From an uncultured Christensenella sp. (GTDB taxonomy: Bacteria; Bacillota; Clostridia; Christensenellales; UBA3700), in NCBI GenBank assembly GCA_949287655.1, contig CASEHD010000003.1, positions 6,897 through 70,896 on the forward strand: 64,000 nucleotides of DNA. The letters run 5' to 3'. The position numbers and the translations under genes were made by a program. The notes below the pieces were generated by a model that made no database searches, had not been told where the DNA came from, and saw only the letters and a list, made by a program, of their open reading frames with translations. Below are positions 1 to 8,504 of this stretch, piece by piece. Within the stretch, counting starts at the first letter, position 1, and each line of letters begins with the position of its first letter.

Positions 1-2
1 CT

Positions 3-1004
3 TCGGACGGAGTATATGAATCGGCTCGATTCAGCGTTTCACAAATAGGGCTCGAAAAACTGCTCCTCGAGACGATCAAGGACAGCGAAGATTTGATCGA
101 AGTGAAAGACAAGCTGGAAGAGATCTACCTGACATACGGCAATCACGACGACAGCAGCACGATAGCTCTTAAGACTTTCGGTTACGAAGGATATGAAGAT
201 CTTAAAAAAGCCGCATCAAAACGGTTGGAAGAGATAACGGCGGATTACTTCGGCAAAATGCCCGATTTTCTTGATAAGGATTATATGTCCGAGGTAGAAA
301 ACGCTGAAAAAGCCGAAAGAATCAGACAAAACGCGATATCCGCAGAACTTTTGAAATTTGAAAAAGTTTCCGAATATTGCAAAAAAAAAGTGACAGGATC
401 GGATAAGACGGAAGAGATCGCTGCGCTCCAATCGCAAATCACAGAGAAAAAGGCAGTGATCGAAGAGACAAGAAAAAATATAGTAGATTTTCTTTGCGAA
501 AACGTAGGGGTAACGGATAACGTCGGCGATGACGGCGATAAATGCGGCGAGTCTCTGAATAACAATGAAAAGTTCTGTTTGTTCAGAAAGATCAGACGAA
601 TTACCGAAAACGAAGCGAAAGAGTTTGCGGAACGCCTTATCAATAAGGAGATAACGCCTGACAAGACGGGTATCGGACGTTCTCTTTCAAATAAGCTCGC
701 GCAGCTTCTCGAAGCAAACAAAATCGCGGAAGACGAGATCGCGCCGATCGAAAAAAAGCTTGAAAGCGAAATTAAGACCGCGGCAGATAAATATTGGTCG
801 GACGTCACCAAAGAAAACGCCGATATTACAGTTTTCTGCATGAACGAAGGTCTGATATCGGAAGAAGAGGCGGACAAACTTAACAATGATCATCCCTCAA
901 AGAAAAACGTAGACGAAGAAAGCGTACGTAAAGCTGCATTACAGCGTGAACTTTGTGAAAAATACGACGCCGTATTTTATTCACTTGTAAAGGAGACTGA
1001 ATAA
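3..1004 (+). CDS. hypothetical coiled-coil protein, 5' end cut by window edge
   Basis: The frame of ORF 93..1004 stays open back to nt 3, so the TTG at 93 is probably internal. Glu/Lys-rich, heptad-like; no motif recognised. Its stop overlaps the next start (TAATG at 1004). Confidence 0.55.
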   Translation, partial: SDGVYESARFSVSQIGLEKLLLETIKDSEDLIEVKDKLEEIYLTYGNHDDSSTIALKTFGYEGYEDLKKAASKRLEEITADYFGKMPDFLDKDYMSEVENAEKAERIRQNAISAELLKFEKVSEYCKKKVTGSDKTEEIAALQSQITEKKAVIEETRKNIVDFLCENVGVTDNVGDDGDKCGESLNNNEKFCLFRKIRRITENEAKEFAERLINKEITPDKTGIGRSLSNKLAQLLEANKIAEDEIAPIEKKLESEIKTAADKYWSDVTKENADITVFCMNEGLISEEEADKLNNDHPSKKNVDEESVRKAALQRELCEKYDAVFYSLVKETE

Positions 1005-2512
1005 TGGAAAGTATAAACGGTTACGAGATAACTACAGAATGGAAAAACAGTACCTGCGGAAAGATTGCATGCGCTACGCGCGGCGGCAAAAAGTATTTTA
1101 TCAAGAAATACCAGACGCCGGTCGAGCCGTTTGATAACGGAGCGCTCGACGCCCGTACCATCGAAGAAAACAGAAAAAAGTTCGATAAGTATGTGTCGAT
1201 CAGAAAGGAAGTAAACAACACTTTAAGAAGCGTCGCGGGCTCCGGCGGGAACATCGTTCCTCCCGTCGACGAGTTTATCTATGATCATCATTATCACGAA
1301 GTTTCGGAATTTATCGAAGGCGTCGTACCGGATGAGAAGATCGCGGCAACGATTGCGTCGTTGAAACCCGACGAGGTCCAACTCATACTTCTGACAGCAG
1401 TCAAGGCGTTGGATAGCATACATACGCGCAAAATGATTCACAGCGACCTGAAAGTCAAGAACATACTTCTTGCAAAAAGCCGCGGCGGTATGTTGATGAC
1501 GAAGCTTGTCGACTTCGACAACGCTTATTTTGAGGAAAAACTTCCCGACGAGGTCGTCGGCGATATAAACTATTATTCGCCGGAACTGGGGGCTTTTTCA
1601 ACTCTCGACGAAGAGGATAAGGAGTCTGCGTCAATTGCCCTTACGACCAAGTCGGATATTTTTTCCCTCGGGCTTATATTCCATCAATATCTGACCGGCA
1701 AATTCCCTGAACCCGTTTCGCTGTCCGAAATGTTGAAGAAGCGCAAGGAAAGAGGTAAGGCGATATATTGCTGGGCAGTTCTTAACGCCGGAGGCGGGCT
1801 CAAAGTAAGTGAGAAGATCACCAACAGAGTATATGCTGCTTTAATAGAACAGATGCTGGATAAAGATCCTGCAAAGCGTCCTACCGCAAACGACATCTGG
1901 AAAACTCTGAAAGGATTAAAATCTTCTTCCGGCGGCGCGTCGCCGTCTCCCGCGAGGCCCACTGCGATCCCGTCGGGAAGAACGTCCTACGGTTCGACGA
2001 CGACCCCGAGACCGACCCCTTCGCCCAGACCGGCGGCATCTGCGGCTGCGACGATCCCGTCTACCATAGCGATGGACGATCCGTGGCCGGAAGACGCGAT
2101 CGTGTTCGATAAAGAGAAGATCAGAAGCAGCGGTTACGCTAGCGTAAAGAGAGCGACTCAATCCGGAATAAACGGTTATAAATTATCTTTATCTGACGGC
2201 AGAGGCATGTTTATGAACAAAAACACGCTGATTTCGAGAAAATATGCGACTGCAGCAGGCACCGGAGCCGTCGCCGGAACAGGCTCATCTGCGCCGACTC
2301 CGCCTCCCGCGGCGGTCACAGGGTTCTGCGAACCCTGGCCGGAACACGGCATCGTCTTTAACGAGGCCGCTATCAGGGCTAGAGGCTACGTAAGCAGCGA
2401 GAGATCTGAGACGTCCGGCGTAAAAGGCTATAATTTTTACAGAGCGGACGGCAGAAAGGACTTTGTAAGGGACAGTCTTGCCGTAATGTTCAAAATGGCG
2501 ACGAGAGTCTGA
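1004..2512 (+). CDS. atypical soluble Ser/Thr protein kinase with duplicated C-terminal domain
   Basis: Hanks-type core: 'YFIKKY' (beta3 Lys), 'IHSDLKVKNILL' (catalytic loop), 'DFDNAY' (DFG-like), 'YYSPE' (APE-like). No TM segment. P/S/T/A-rich linkers are followed by two ~57-aa repeats. AGGAG lies 8 nt upstream. Confidence 0.8.
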   Translation: MESINGYEITTEWKNSTCGKIACATRGGKKYFIKKYQTPVEPFDNGALDARTIEENRKKFDKYVSIRKEVNNTLRSVAGSGGNIVPPVDEFIYDHHYHEVSEFIEGVVPDEKIAATIASLKPDEVQLILLTAVKALDSIHTRKMIHSDLKVKNILLAKSRGGMLMTKLVDFDNAYFEEKLPDEVVGDINYYSPELGAFSTLDEEDKESASIALTTKSDIFSLGLIFHQYLTGKFPEPVSLSEMLKKRKERGKAIYCWAVLNAGGGLKVSEKITNRVYAALIEQMLDKDPAKRPTANDIWKTLKGLKSSSGGASPSPARPTAIPSGRTSYGSTTTPRPTPSPRPAASAAATIPSTIAMDDPWPEDAIVFDKEKIRSSGYASVKRATQSGINGYKLSLSDGRGMFMNKNTLISRKYATAAGTGAVAGTGSSAPTPPPAAVTGFCEPWPEHGIVFNEAAIRARGYVSSERSETSGVKGYNFYRADGRKDFVRDSLAVMFKMATRV

Positions 2513-2523
2513 ATGATCGGAGC

Positions 2524-3579
2524 GTGAAAAAAATGAACGTCGTACGTACCGAAAGAGAATTGATAGCCCGGATAAAGAGTTCCGAGCCGGGAATTATCGT
2601 TCCGTGGAGCAACGGAGAGACTCTGTTTCGGAAAACGACTGAAAACAACCCGAAATTGTTATATTTGATCGACGAATGCAGGGTAAGCGAAAGATTTGAC
2701 CCGACGCTGCGGTGTCCCGTGACTGAGCTGACGATAAAGTATAATAAGGACGGGCTTTCGTACGACGACGTATTCGCCGTCGGCGACGCTTCCGATGTAA
2801 TGGCGCGATTGTTCGACTGCGTAGGAAATTTTAAGCCGAAAATCGGGCTCGTCTCCCGCGACTACATCGACATCGGCGTATTGATCAACCTGTTCGGAAA
2901 CAGATATTCTGCGATGTATCCGCACGCAGTGTCGCTGTCGGCAACGACGGTAAAATCGAATAAACTGTGCAGATATACGATATCGATCACATATCGCATT
3001 ACGCGCGATAAGATGGTCGTAATGGGAAACGCGGTAGAGCGCGAGTCTCAAAGAGTGGCGTCTCTGTTGTTTGAACCGTCAATGCCCGACGCGGTGAAGA
3101 TATACCTCGCGCACAATTATCTGTCCACGTCGATCGAGTATTACGGCGCTGATTCCGTCAACCCTCTCGAAAAGAGTTTTGTACACAGCGCTTACGGCGC
3201 GTTCGTTACAAAAAAATGTGTCTGTCAGGGAGTTGCGAACGCGTTCAAGATACTTATGGACAAAGCGGACGTAGACTGCGAAGTGGTATGCGGTCAGATC
3301 GTTGGAAGTTCAGGTTACCACGCGTGGAATATCGTCAGGAAGGAAGACGGCTGTTGTTTTCACGTCGACGCGACCTGGGATATTTCGTCCGGATATCCCG
3401 TGTTTACGTATTTTGGTAAAAACGATTCTTTTTTTAAAGATACCAGGGTATGGAACAAGGACAACTATCCGAAATGCCATTCGAGGCAGAACCTTTATAT
3501 GCTTGCGAGACAATATATAGTCGAAAACGCAGACAGACTTATCGCAAAGAAAATTCCGCCCGAGGTCATCGGGTTGTGA
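2524..3579 (+). CDS. transglutaminase-like cysteine protease domain protein
   Basis: Cys-His-Asp triad in canonical order: 'CVCQGVANAF' ... 'GYHAWNIV' ... 'FHVDATWD'. Only 11 nt after the kinase stop. ATG 2533 (GGAG 10 nt upstream) is an alternative start. Confidence 0.75.
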   Translation: MKKMNVVRTERELIARIKSSEPGIIVPWSNGETLFRKTTENNPKLLYLIDECRVSERFDPTLRCPVTELTIKYNKDGLSYDDVFAVGDASDVMARLFDCVGNFKPKIGLVSRDYIDIGVLINLFGNRYSAMYPHAVSLSATTVKSNKLCRYTISITYRITRDKMVVMGNAVERESQRVASLLFEPSMPDAVKIYLAHNYLSTSIEYYGADSVNPLEKSFVHSAYGAFVTKKCVCQGVANAFKILMDKADVDCEVVCGQIVGSSGYHAWNIVRKEDGCCFHVDATWDISSGYPVFTYFGKNDSFFKDTRVWNKDNYPKCHSRQNLYMLARQYIVENADRLIAKKIPPEVIGL

Positions 3580-3646
3580 TAAAAGCGCAAACGCGCGAAA
3601 AAAAACGCCGGTTGACGCCGGCATGGATAAACTACGGAGAATAATT

Positions 3647-4594
3647 ATGGATAGCAAGTTCGTAAAAGCGTACTGTACGCAAACAGGCGAGTATTTCGCT
3701 CTCGAAGTCAAAAAAATCGGAAGCAAATGGAAAGTTGTCAATTTTACGCAGCTCCCGGAATCCGACGCAAAGATAACCGCAAGCGAGGTCGAACAGTCTT
3801 CTTTTGAGACAAACGGCAATCTTCTGCCATGCCCCGACTGCGGCAACAGAAAGGTCGGCGGCTGCTCCTGCGCAAGGGGTAAAGGCGGTTGTTCACGCGG
3901 TATGAAATACCGTTTCAACTGTATCTACTGCGATAAGCTGAAAATTGATTACAGCGTGCCCGCGGCAAGCGAAAACGGATTGAAGGAAGGTACGAAGATC
4001 ACGCTTTCTCAGGGGCAGGAAGTCGTCATCAGATTTGCAGACAATAAGCCGCTTACCGACATATTCGTCGGCGTAGGCTGGGACCCGCTGTCAATCGGAA
4101 ATAATATGGACGTTATGGACGTGGATTCCGCTGTCGTCATCTCCGATAAACACGGAGATAATGATCTCATATGTTTCTATCGTAAAGAACATTGGAGCGG
4201 GTGCGCGAGACTTTACGCAGACAACCTGACCGGCAGAGACAGAGATACCGCATCTTTCAATACGGGCGACGACGAAAATATCGAGGTTGATCTTAAACGC
4301 GTTCCGGCGGATAAGGACAGACTGTATTTTATTGTCAACATCTACCATTGCAGAAGTAGATCTCAGACTCTCAGCAGCGTAAAGAATTTCTACATCCGCC
4401 TTTGCGACAGGGCAAGCAAGACCACGCTTATCGAGTACAAGGTCAATGACAGCCAGATCAACGGCAGTGATACGGGTATCGTCATCGGCGTAGCAAAGAG
4501 AAAAGGTTCAGACTGGACCTTCAAGGCTATAGGCAAGAGCTTCAACGTAAGCGATCTTAGTGAGCTTGCCGAAAAATGCAATGGACTTGACTGA
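3647..4594 (+). CDS. TerD-domain protein with N-terminal Cys-rich (zinc-ribbon-like) region
   Basis: TerD signatures: 'VGVGWDP', 'DVDSAVV', Ca-binding-type 'ADNLTG...TGDDENIEVDL', 'IVNIY'. N-terminal Cys cluster 'CPDCGNRKVGGCSC..GGC..NCIYC'. Start placed at ATG 3647 (GGAGA 6 nt upstream); the track start 3623 lacks an SD. Confidence 0.8.
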   Translation: MDSKFVKAYCTQTGEYFALEVKKIGSKWKVVNFTQLPESDAKITASEVEQSSFETNGNLLPCPDCGNRKVGGCSCARGKGGCSRGMKYRFNCIYCDKLKIDYSVPAASENGLKEGTKITLSQGQEVVIRFADNKPLTDIFVGVGWDPLSIGNNMDVMDVDSAVVISDKHGDNDLICFYRKEHWSGCARLYADNLTGRDRDTASFNTGDDENIEVDLKRVPADKDRLYFIVNIYHCRSRSQTLSSVKNFYIRLCDRASKTTLIEYKVNDSQINGSDTGIVIGVAKRKGSDWTFKAIGKSFNVSDLSELAEKCNGLD

Positions 4595-4648
4595 TATCTG
4601 CAGCAGCGCGGCGTTATAAGCCGTCGCCGTTGTCCTATATAAAGATCG

Positions 4649-4675
4649 AAAAGCCGCTTGAAAGCGGCTTTTTTA
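4649..4675 (+). terminator. rho-independent terminator after the TerD gene
   Basis: 'aagccgctt gaa aagcggctt' stem followed by a T-run. Confidence 0.8.
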
Positions 4676-4723
4676 ACGGGAATAATATTTTAATTTCGCT
4701 TTAATATCGTCAAATTTTGCATT

Positions 4724-4747
4724 ACGCCGCCAAAAGCGGCGTTTTTT
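4724..4747 (+). terminator. second intrinsic terminator-like hairpin just upstream of spoIIAA
   Basis: 'acgccgc caaaa gcggcgt' 7-bp stem followed by TTTTTT, 50 nt before the spoIIAA start. Confidence 0.6.
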
Positions 4748-4798
4748 CGACCTTGTCATTGTTTTATAATATTCTCACCGCAAAAAAAGGAGGATCAT

Positions 4799-5110
4799 AT
4801 GCAGCTGAGTATGTTAAACGACGGCGACACGGTTGTCGCCGCATTCGAGGGCGAGCTGGACGAGCATACGGCGGCGGACGTACGCAACGCGCTCGACAGC
4901 CGCATTGCGCGCGGCGGATTCAGGAATTTCGTTTTCGACTTCTCCCGTCTTAAATTTATGGACAGCACCGGCATAGGCGTGTTGCTCGGAAGATACAAAA
5001 CGCTGAAAAGAAGGGGCTCGGGGATATATATTTCTTCGCCCAACCCGCACGTGGACAAGATATTGTCGCTTGCCGGTATCTATTCGATTATTCAAAAAAT
5101 AAATCTGTGA
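4799..5110 (+). CDS. spoIIAA: anti-sigma F factor antagonist SpoIIAA (STAS domain)
   Basis: 'FDFSRLKFMDSTGIGVLLG' with the phosphorylatable Ser in DSTG. First gene in the spoIIAA-spoIIAB-sigF order. AAGGAGG SD. Confidence 0.9.
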   Translation: MQLSMLNDGDTVVAAFEGELDEHTAADVRNALDSRIARGGFRNFVFDFSRLKFMDSTGIGVLLGRYKTLKRRGSGIYISSPNPHVDKILSLAGIYSIIQKINL

Positions 5111-5117
5111 GGTCAAT

Positions 5118-5546
5118 ATGAACAAACTTTATATCAAAATTTCCGCCGATATCGCCAACGACGCGTTTATAAGAAGCACGGTCGCCGCGTTCTGTCTGGA
5201 GCTAGACCCGACCGTCGAGCAGATAGAGGACGTAAAGACGGCGGTATCCGAAGCGTTTACAAACTGCGTTATTCACGGTTACGACGGAAAAGAAGGCAAT
5301 TACGTTTATCTCGATCTGTGTGTAGACGACGGAAAATTGTCAATAATAATCAGCGACGGCGGCAAGGGTATCGAAAACGTAAAGCAGGCGATGGAGCCGT
5401 TCTTCACGACAAAACCCGAAGAGGAAAGAAGCGGTATGGGCTTCACTCTTATGAGCACTTTTATGGATGAGATCCGCGTGGACTCCACGCCGGGAAAAGG
5501 TACGACGGTTGCGATGGTTAAAAATATCGGAAAAGAGGTTGCCTGA
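5118..5546 (+). CDS. spoIIAB: anti-sigma F factor / Ser kinase SpoIIAB
   Basis: GHKL motifs: 'AVSEAFTNCVIHGY', 'DGGKGI', 'GMGFTLM'. Correct size and position. Confidence 0.9.
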   Translation: MNKLYIKISADIANDAFIRSTVAAFCLELDPTVEQIEDVKTAVSEAFTNCVIHGYDGKEGNYVYLDLCVDDGKLSIIISDGGKGIENVKQAMEPFFTTKPEEERSGMGFTLMSTFMDEIRVDSTPGKGTTVAMVKNIGKEVA

Positions 5547-6262
5547 TGCTTGATCACAATGAGACTGTCGACCTGATCGTTGCGGCGCAGAGCGGCGACG
5601 AAAAGGCAAAGGAAAAGCTGATCGTGAACAATATGCCGCTTATCAAGTCGATAGCGGCGCGATACCGCAACAAGATGATAGAATACGACGATCTTCTTCA
5701 GCTCGGCGCGATGGGACTGGTAAAAGCGATCAACAATTTCGACGTCTCTTTCGGGGTCAGATTTTCAACTTACGCGGTGCCGATGATAGCGGGCGAGATA
5801 AAAAGGTTCATCCGCGACGACGGCGCGATAAAGGTCAGCCGCGCGCTCAAGTCTATTTCACTGAAAATCAGGCAGATTACGTCCGAATATAAACAGACGC
5901 ACGGCGACGCGCCGACTGTCGAATATCTTGCGAAAAAACTGGGCGTAGACCCGCAGGAAGTCGTTTTCGCGATGGACAGCAGCAAGTATCCGGTATCGCT
6001 TTATGAAAAATACGACGACGAAAACTCTCAATGCGTGATGGACAAGCTGGCGACCGGCGAAGACGGCGACGAGTTGATAGACAAGATGATTTTAAAGGAC
6101 TTTATAAAGACATTGCCTTGTCGCGAAAAGACTGTGATAGTTTTAAGATATTTCAAGGACAAGACGCAAAGCGAGATCGCAAAGATACTGGGCGTTTCGC
6201 AGGTGCAGGTGTCGAGAATAGAAAGCAGGATAATAAGCGAGATGAAAAAAGCCCTGGCATGA
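5546..6262 (+). CDS. sigF: sporulation sigma factor SigF
   Basis: Sigma-70 region 2 'YDDLLQLGAMGLVKAINNFD' and 'STYAVPMIAGEIKRFIRD'; region 4 HTH 'QSEIAKILGVSQVQVSRIE'. Start overlaps the spoIIAB stop (TGATG). Confidence 0.9.
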   Translation: MLDHNETVDLIVAAQSGDEKAKEKLIVNNMPLIKSIAARYRNKMIEYDDLLQLGAMGLVKAINNFDVSFGVRFSTYAVPMIAGEIKRFIRDDGAIKVSRALKSISLKIRQITSEYKQTHGDAPTVEYLAKKLGVDPQEVVFAMDSSKYPVSLYEKYDDENSQCVMDKLATGEDGDELIDKMILKDFIKTLPCREKTVIVLRYFKDKTQSEIAKILGVSQVQVSRIESRIISEMKKALA

Positions 6263-6476
6263 AACGTTGCGGCGGACGTAGTATTATTTATTGATTATTG
6301 CTTGCAAAAGCAGGGCACAGGCAAAGTGTGCGACCGAATTTTCGGGACGTCGGTCGACACAACTTCTTGGCGTCTGTTTATTTTCTGTTCGGGTTACGGC
6401 AACTGCAACTAATCGCCGATGCCGATCATGTTCTCGATAGTTTCGACAACAGTAAACGCGCCGACGCATCATCCGT

Positions 6477-6704
6477 TATACCAGACCAGAATAATACGAA
6501 CCTGGTTTAAAGCGGCAAATTTCCGTAGCTACTGCGTTAAATGCCCTGATAATATGTCTAATATTACCTGCGGCATTTGCCTTGTATCGACAAAAATTTG
6601 CCGGCTTAAAACTGCATGCACCCTCAGGCGATGATTTTTAGTGTGCTAAAAAACGCATAAAAGGCGCACCTCAGGGCTGGTTCGTATTATTCTGGGCTGG
6701 TATA
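6477..6704. repeat. MITE-like element with 26-bp terminal inverted repeats (copy A, complete)
   Basis: Left end 'tataccagaccagaataatacgaacc' (6477..6502). Reverse complement of the right end 'tataccagcccagaataatacgaacc' (6679..6704). 25/26 match. Nested internal inverted repeats (6506..6523 vs 6594..6612). No ORF. Confidence 0.75.
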
Positions 6705-7043
6705 GTTCTGATTTGCAATATAATTACCGTCGGCGGTCGATCCGCCGTTTTTTATGCGGTTAAAATGTCGAAATCCGCAAATAATACCCATATACAAGAC
6801 CCGAATATATTCGATTAGGTTTTAAGCGCGGATCTTTGTCGATTCCAGTCAAACGCGCCGACGATATATCCGATATTACAGCCGGCATTGCGTTTTACCC
6901 GCCGCGCCGGCGCAAAAGAATATTCGCGTTATCCGGGTCGGTACAGCGGAGGTGAGCTATGAGAAACAATCACAGCAGCGGCTACAACGAATACAAAGAA
7001 TCAGTTTTCCCGACAAAAAGACCCACAGGAGAGGTGCACGACA

Positions 7044-7490
7044 ATGGACAAGAAAGAATATGCGGAATTGGTAAAACAGACGTCCCCGAAAACTAAGGAA
7101 GGCAGGACGATCCTGCTTGCATTCGTTGCGGGAGGACTTATTTGCGTGATAGGTCAGGCGGTATCGGACGCGCTTTCCGCACTTTTGCCGGCGTTCGACA
7201 AAAAGGATATCGGTGCGCTGACGGGAGTGGTCATGATATTCTTAGGCAGCCTTCTGACAGGACTGGGCGTTTATGACAAGATCGGATATTACGCGGGCGC
7301 GGGGTCTGTGATACCGATAACCGGTTTTGCAAATTCGATAGTTTCGCCGGCAATCGAATACAACAAAGAGGGCATTGTGTTCGGACTTATGGCGAAGATG
7401 TTTTCAATTGCGGGTCCTGTCATCGTATCAGGAGTCAGCGCGTCTGCGCTGATAGGCGTTGTATACTTTATAATTGGGTTGTTTAAATGA
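7044..7490 (+). CDS. spoVAC: stage V sporulation protein AC
   Basis: 148-aa multi-TM protein with 'GSVIPITGFANS', followed by spoVAD and spoVAE. GGAGAGG SD. Confidence 0.85.
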   Translation: MDKKEYAELVKQTSPKTKEGRTILLAFVAGGLICVIGQAVSDALSALLPAFDKKDIGALTGVVMIFLGSLLTGLGVYDKIGYYAGAGSVIPITGFANSIVSPAIEYNKEGIVFGLMAKMFSIAGPVIVSGVSASALIGVVYFIIGLFK

Positions 7491-8491
7491 AAAAAGGCAG
7501 ACAAACGTATATTACGGACAAAAAAATATATATAGCGAATACCGCGTCGATCGCAGGCGTTGACGAAGGGAAAGGACGTCTCAGAGACTTTTTCGACTAT
7601 GTGATTGATGAAAGCGAATTCGGCTGTAAATCGCACGAGAAGGCTGAAATAAAGCTGAGAAAGCACGCAATCGAAAGCCTTTTGAAGGAAGCGGAGATAA
7701 ACGCCGCGGACATCGACGCGATAATAGGCGGAGATCTTCTCAATCAGCTGGTACCTTCTGGGTTTTCGGCGCGCGAATTCGACGTGCCGTTCTGCGGACT
7801 TTACAGCGCGTGCGCCACTTTCGGACAGGCGCTCGCAACCGGCGCGATACTGTTGCAGGGCGGCGCGGAAAGGGTTATATGCTGTACGAGTTCTCATTTC
7901 GCGACAGCGGAAAGACAGTACCGTTTTCCGCTTGAACTGGGCACACAGCCGCCTCCGACGGCGCAATGGACGGTAACGGGCGCGGGCTGTGCGCTGCTCA
8001 CAACCGCAAAGCCGAAATACAAATGCCCGAAAATAGCCGCGTTTACTCTCGGAAAGGTAATTGATATGGGGCTTGACGACCCCAACAATATGGGCGCGGC
8101 TATGGCTCCCGCGGCATATGACACGATATCCGCGCATTTAAGAGAACGCGGGGTAGGCGCGGATTATTACGACCTGATCGTGACAGGAGACCTGGGCAAG
8201 CTGGGAAGAGAGCTGCTGTGCACGATGCTCGAGCGGGAATGCGGCGCGGTCAAAGACAGGGTCAACGACTGCGGCTGCATGATATTCAAAGACAGACAGA
8301 AATGCGGACTCGGCGGGTCGGGCGCGGGTTGCAGCAGTCTGGTATTTTGCAGTTATCTTTACAAGACCATGAAAGAGGGCGGATTAAATAAAATACTGCT
8401 GGTGCCGACCGGCGCGATGCTCTCGAAAGATTCGTCCCTTCAGGGCGAAAGCATACCCGCGATAGCTCACGCGGTCGCGATAGAAGCGTAA
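7487..8491 (+). CDS. spoVAD: stage V sporulation protein AD
   Basis: 334 aa, thiolase/KAS-like ('GLYSACATFGQALATG', 'TAQWTVTGAG'). Overlaps spoVAC by 4 nt. Confidence 0.85.
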   Translation: MKKGRQTYITDKKIYIANTASIAGVDEGKGRLRDFFDYVIDESEFGCKSHEKAEIKLRKHAIESLLKEAEINAADIDAIIGGDLLNQLVPSGFSAREFDVPFCGLYSACATFGQALATGAILLQGGAERVICCTSSHFATAERQYRFPLELGTQPPPTAQWTVTGAGCALLTTAKPKYKCPKIAAFTLGKVIDMGLDDPNNMGAAMAPAAYDTISAHLRERGVGADYYDLIVTGDLGKLGRELLCTMLERECGAVKDRVNDCGCMIFKDRQKCGLGGSGAGCSSLVFCSYLYKTMKEGGLNKILLVPTGAMLSKDSSLQGESIPAIAHAVAIEA

Positions 8492-8504
8492 ACGGAGAGG
8501 ATTT

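Noticed and set aside
281-886. Long antisense ORFs throughout the track. Examples: 281..886-, 7289..8137-, 10017..10688-, 16330..17043-, 25925..26848-, 29465..30325-, 30634..31623-, 50190..50972-, 61033..62088+.
   Set aside because: Each lies fully opposite a gene with clear family motifs. Their products are Arg/Ser/Phe-rich nonsense typical of shadow frames in moderately GC-rich coding DNA, and they have no RBS.
1916-2161. Arg-rich 81-aa ORF antisense to the kinase linker region.
   Set aside because: It is the mirror of the Pro/Ser/Thr/Ala-rich linker codons, so it is a compositional artefact.
3598-3622. A8 plus a 5-bp GC hairpin between the transglutaminase and TerD genes. It reads as an intrinsic terminator on the minus strand.
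   Set aside because: No minus-strand gene could use it, the stem is short, and on the plus strand it lacks a T-run. It is probably incidental, or a weak barrier to antisense transcription.
4717-4953. 78-aa ORF overlapping the spoIIAA start.
   Set aside because: It is out of frame with a well-supported spoIIAA that has a perfect SD, and it begins inside the terminator hairpin.
6771-6842. Spo0A-box-like TGTCGAA / TGTCGAT sequences upstream of spoVAC.
   Set aside because: Seven-mers are expected by chance. spoVA operons are forespore (sigma-G) transcribed, so 0A control is not expected.
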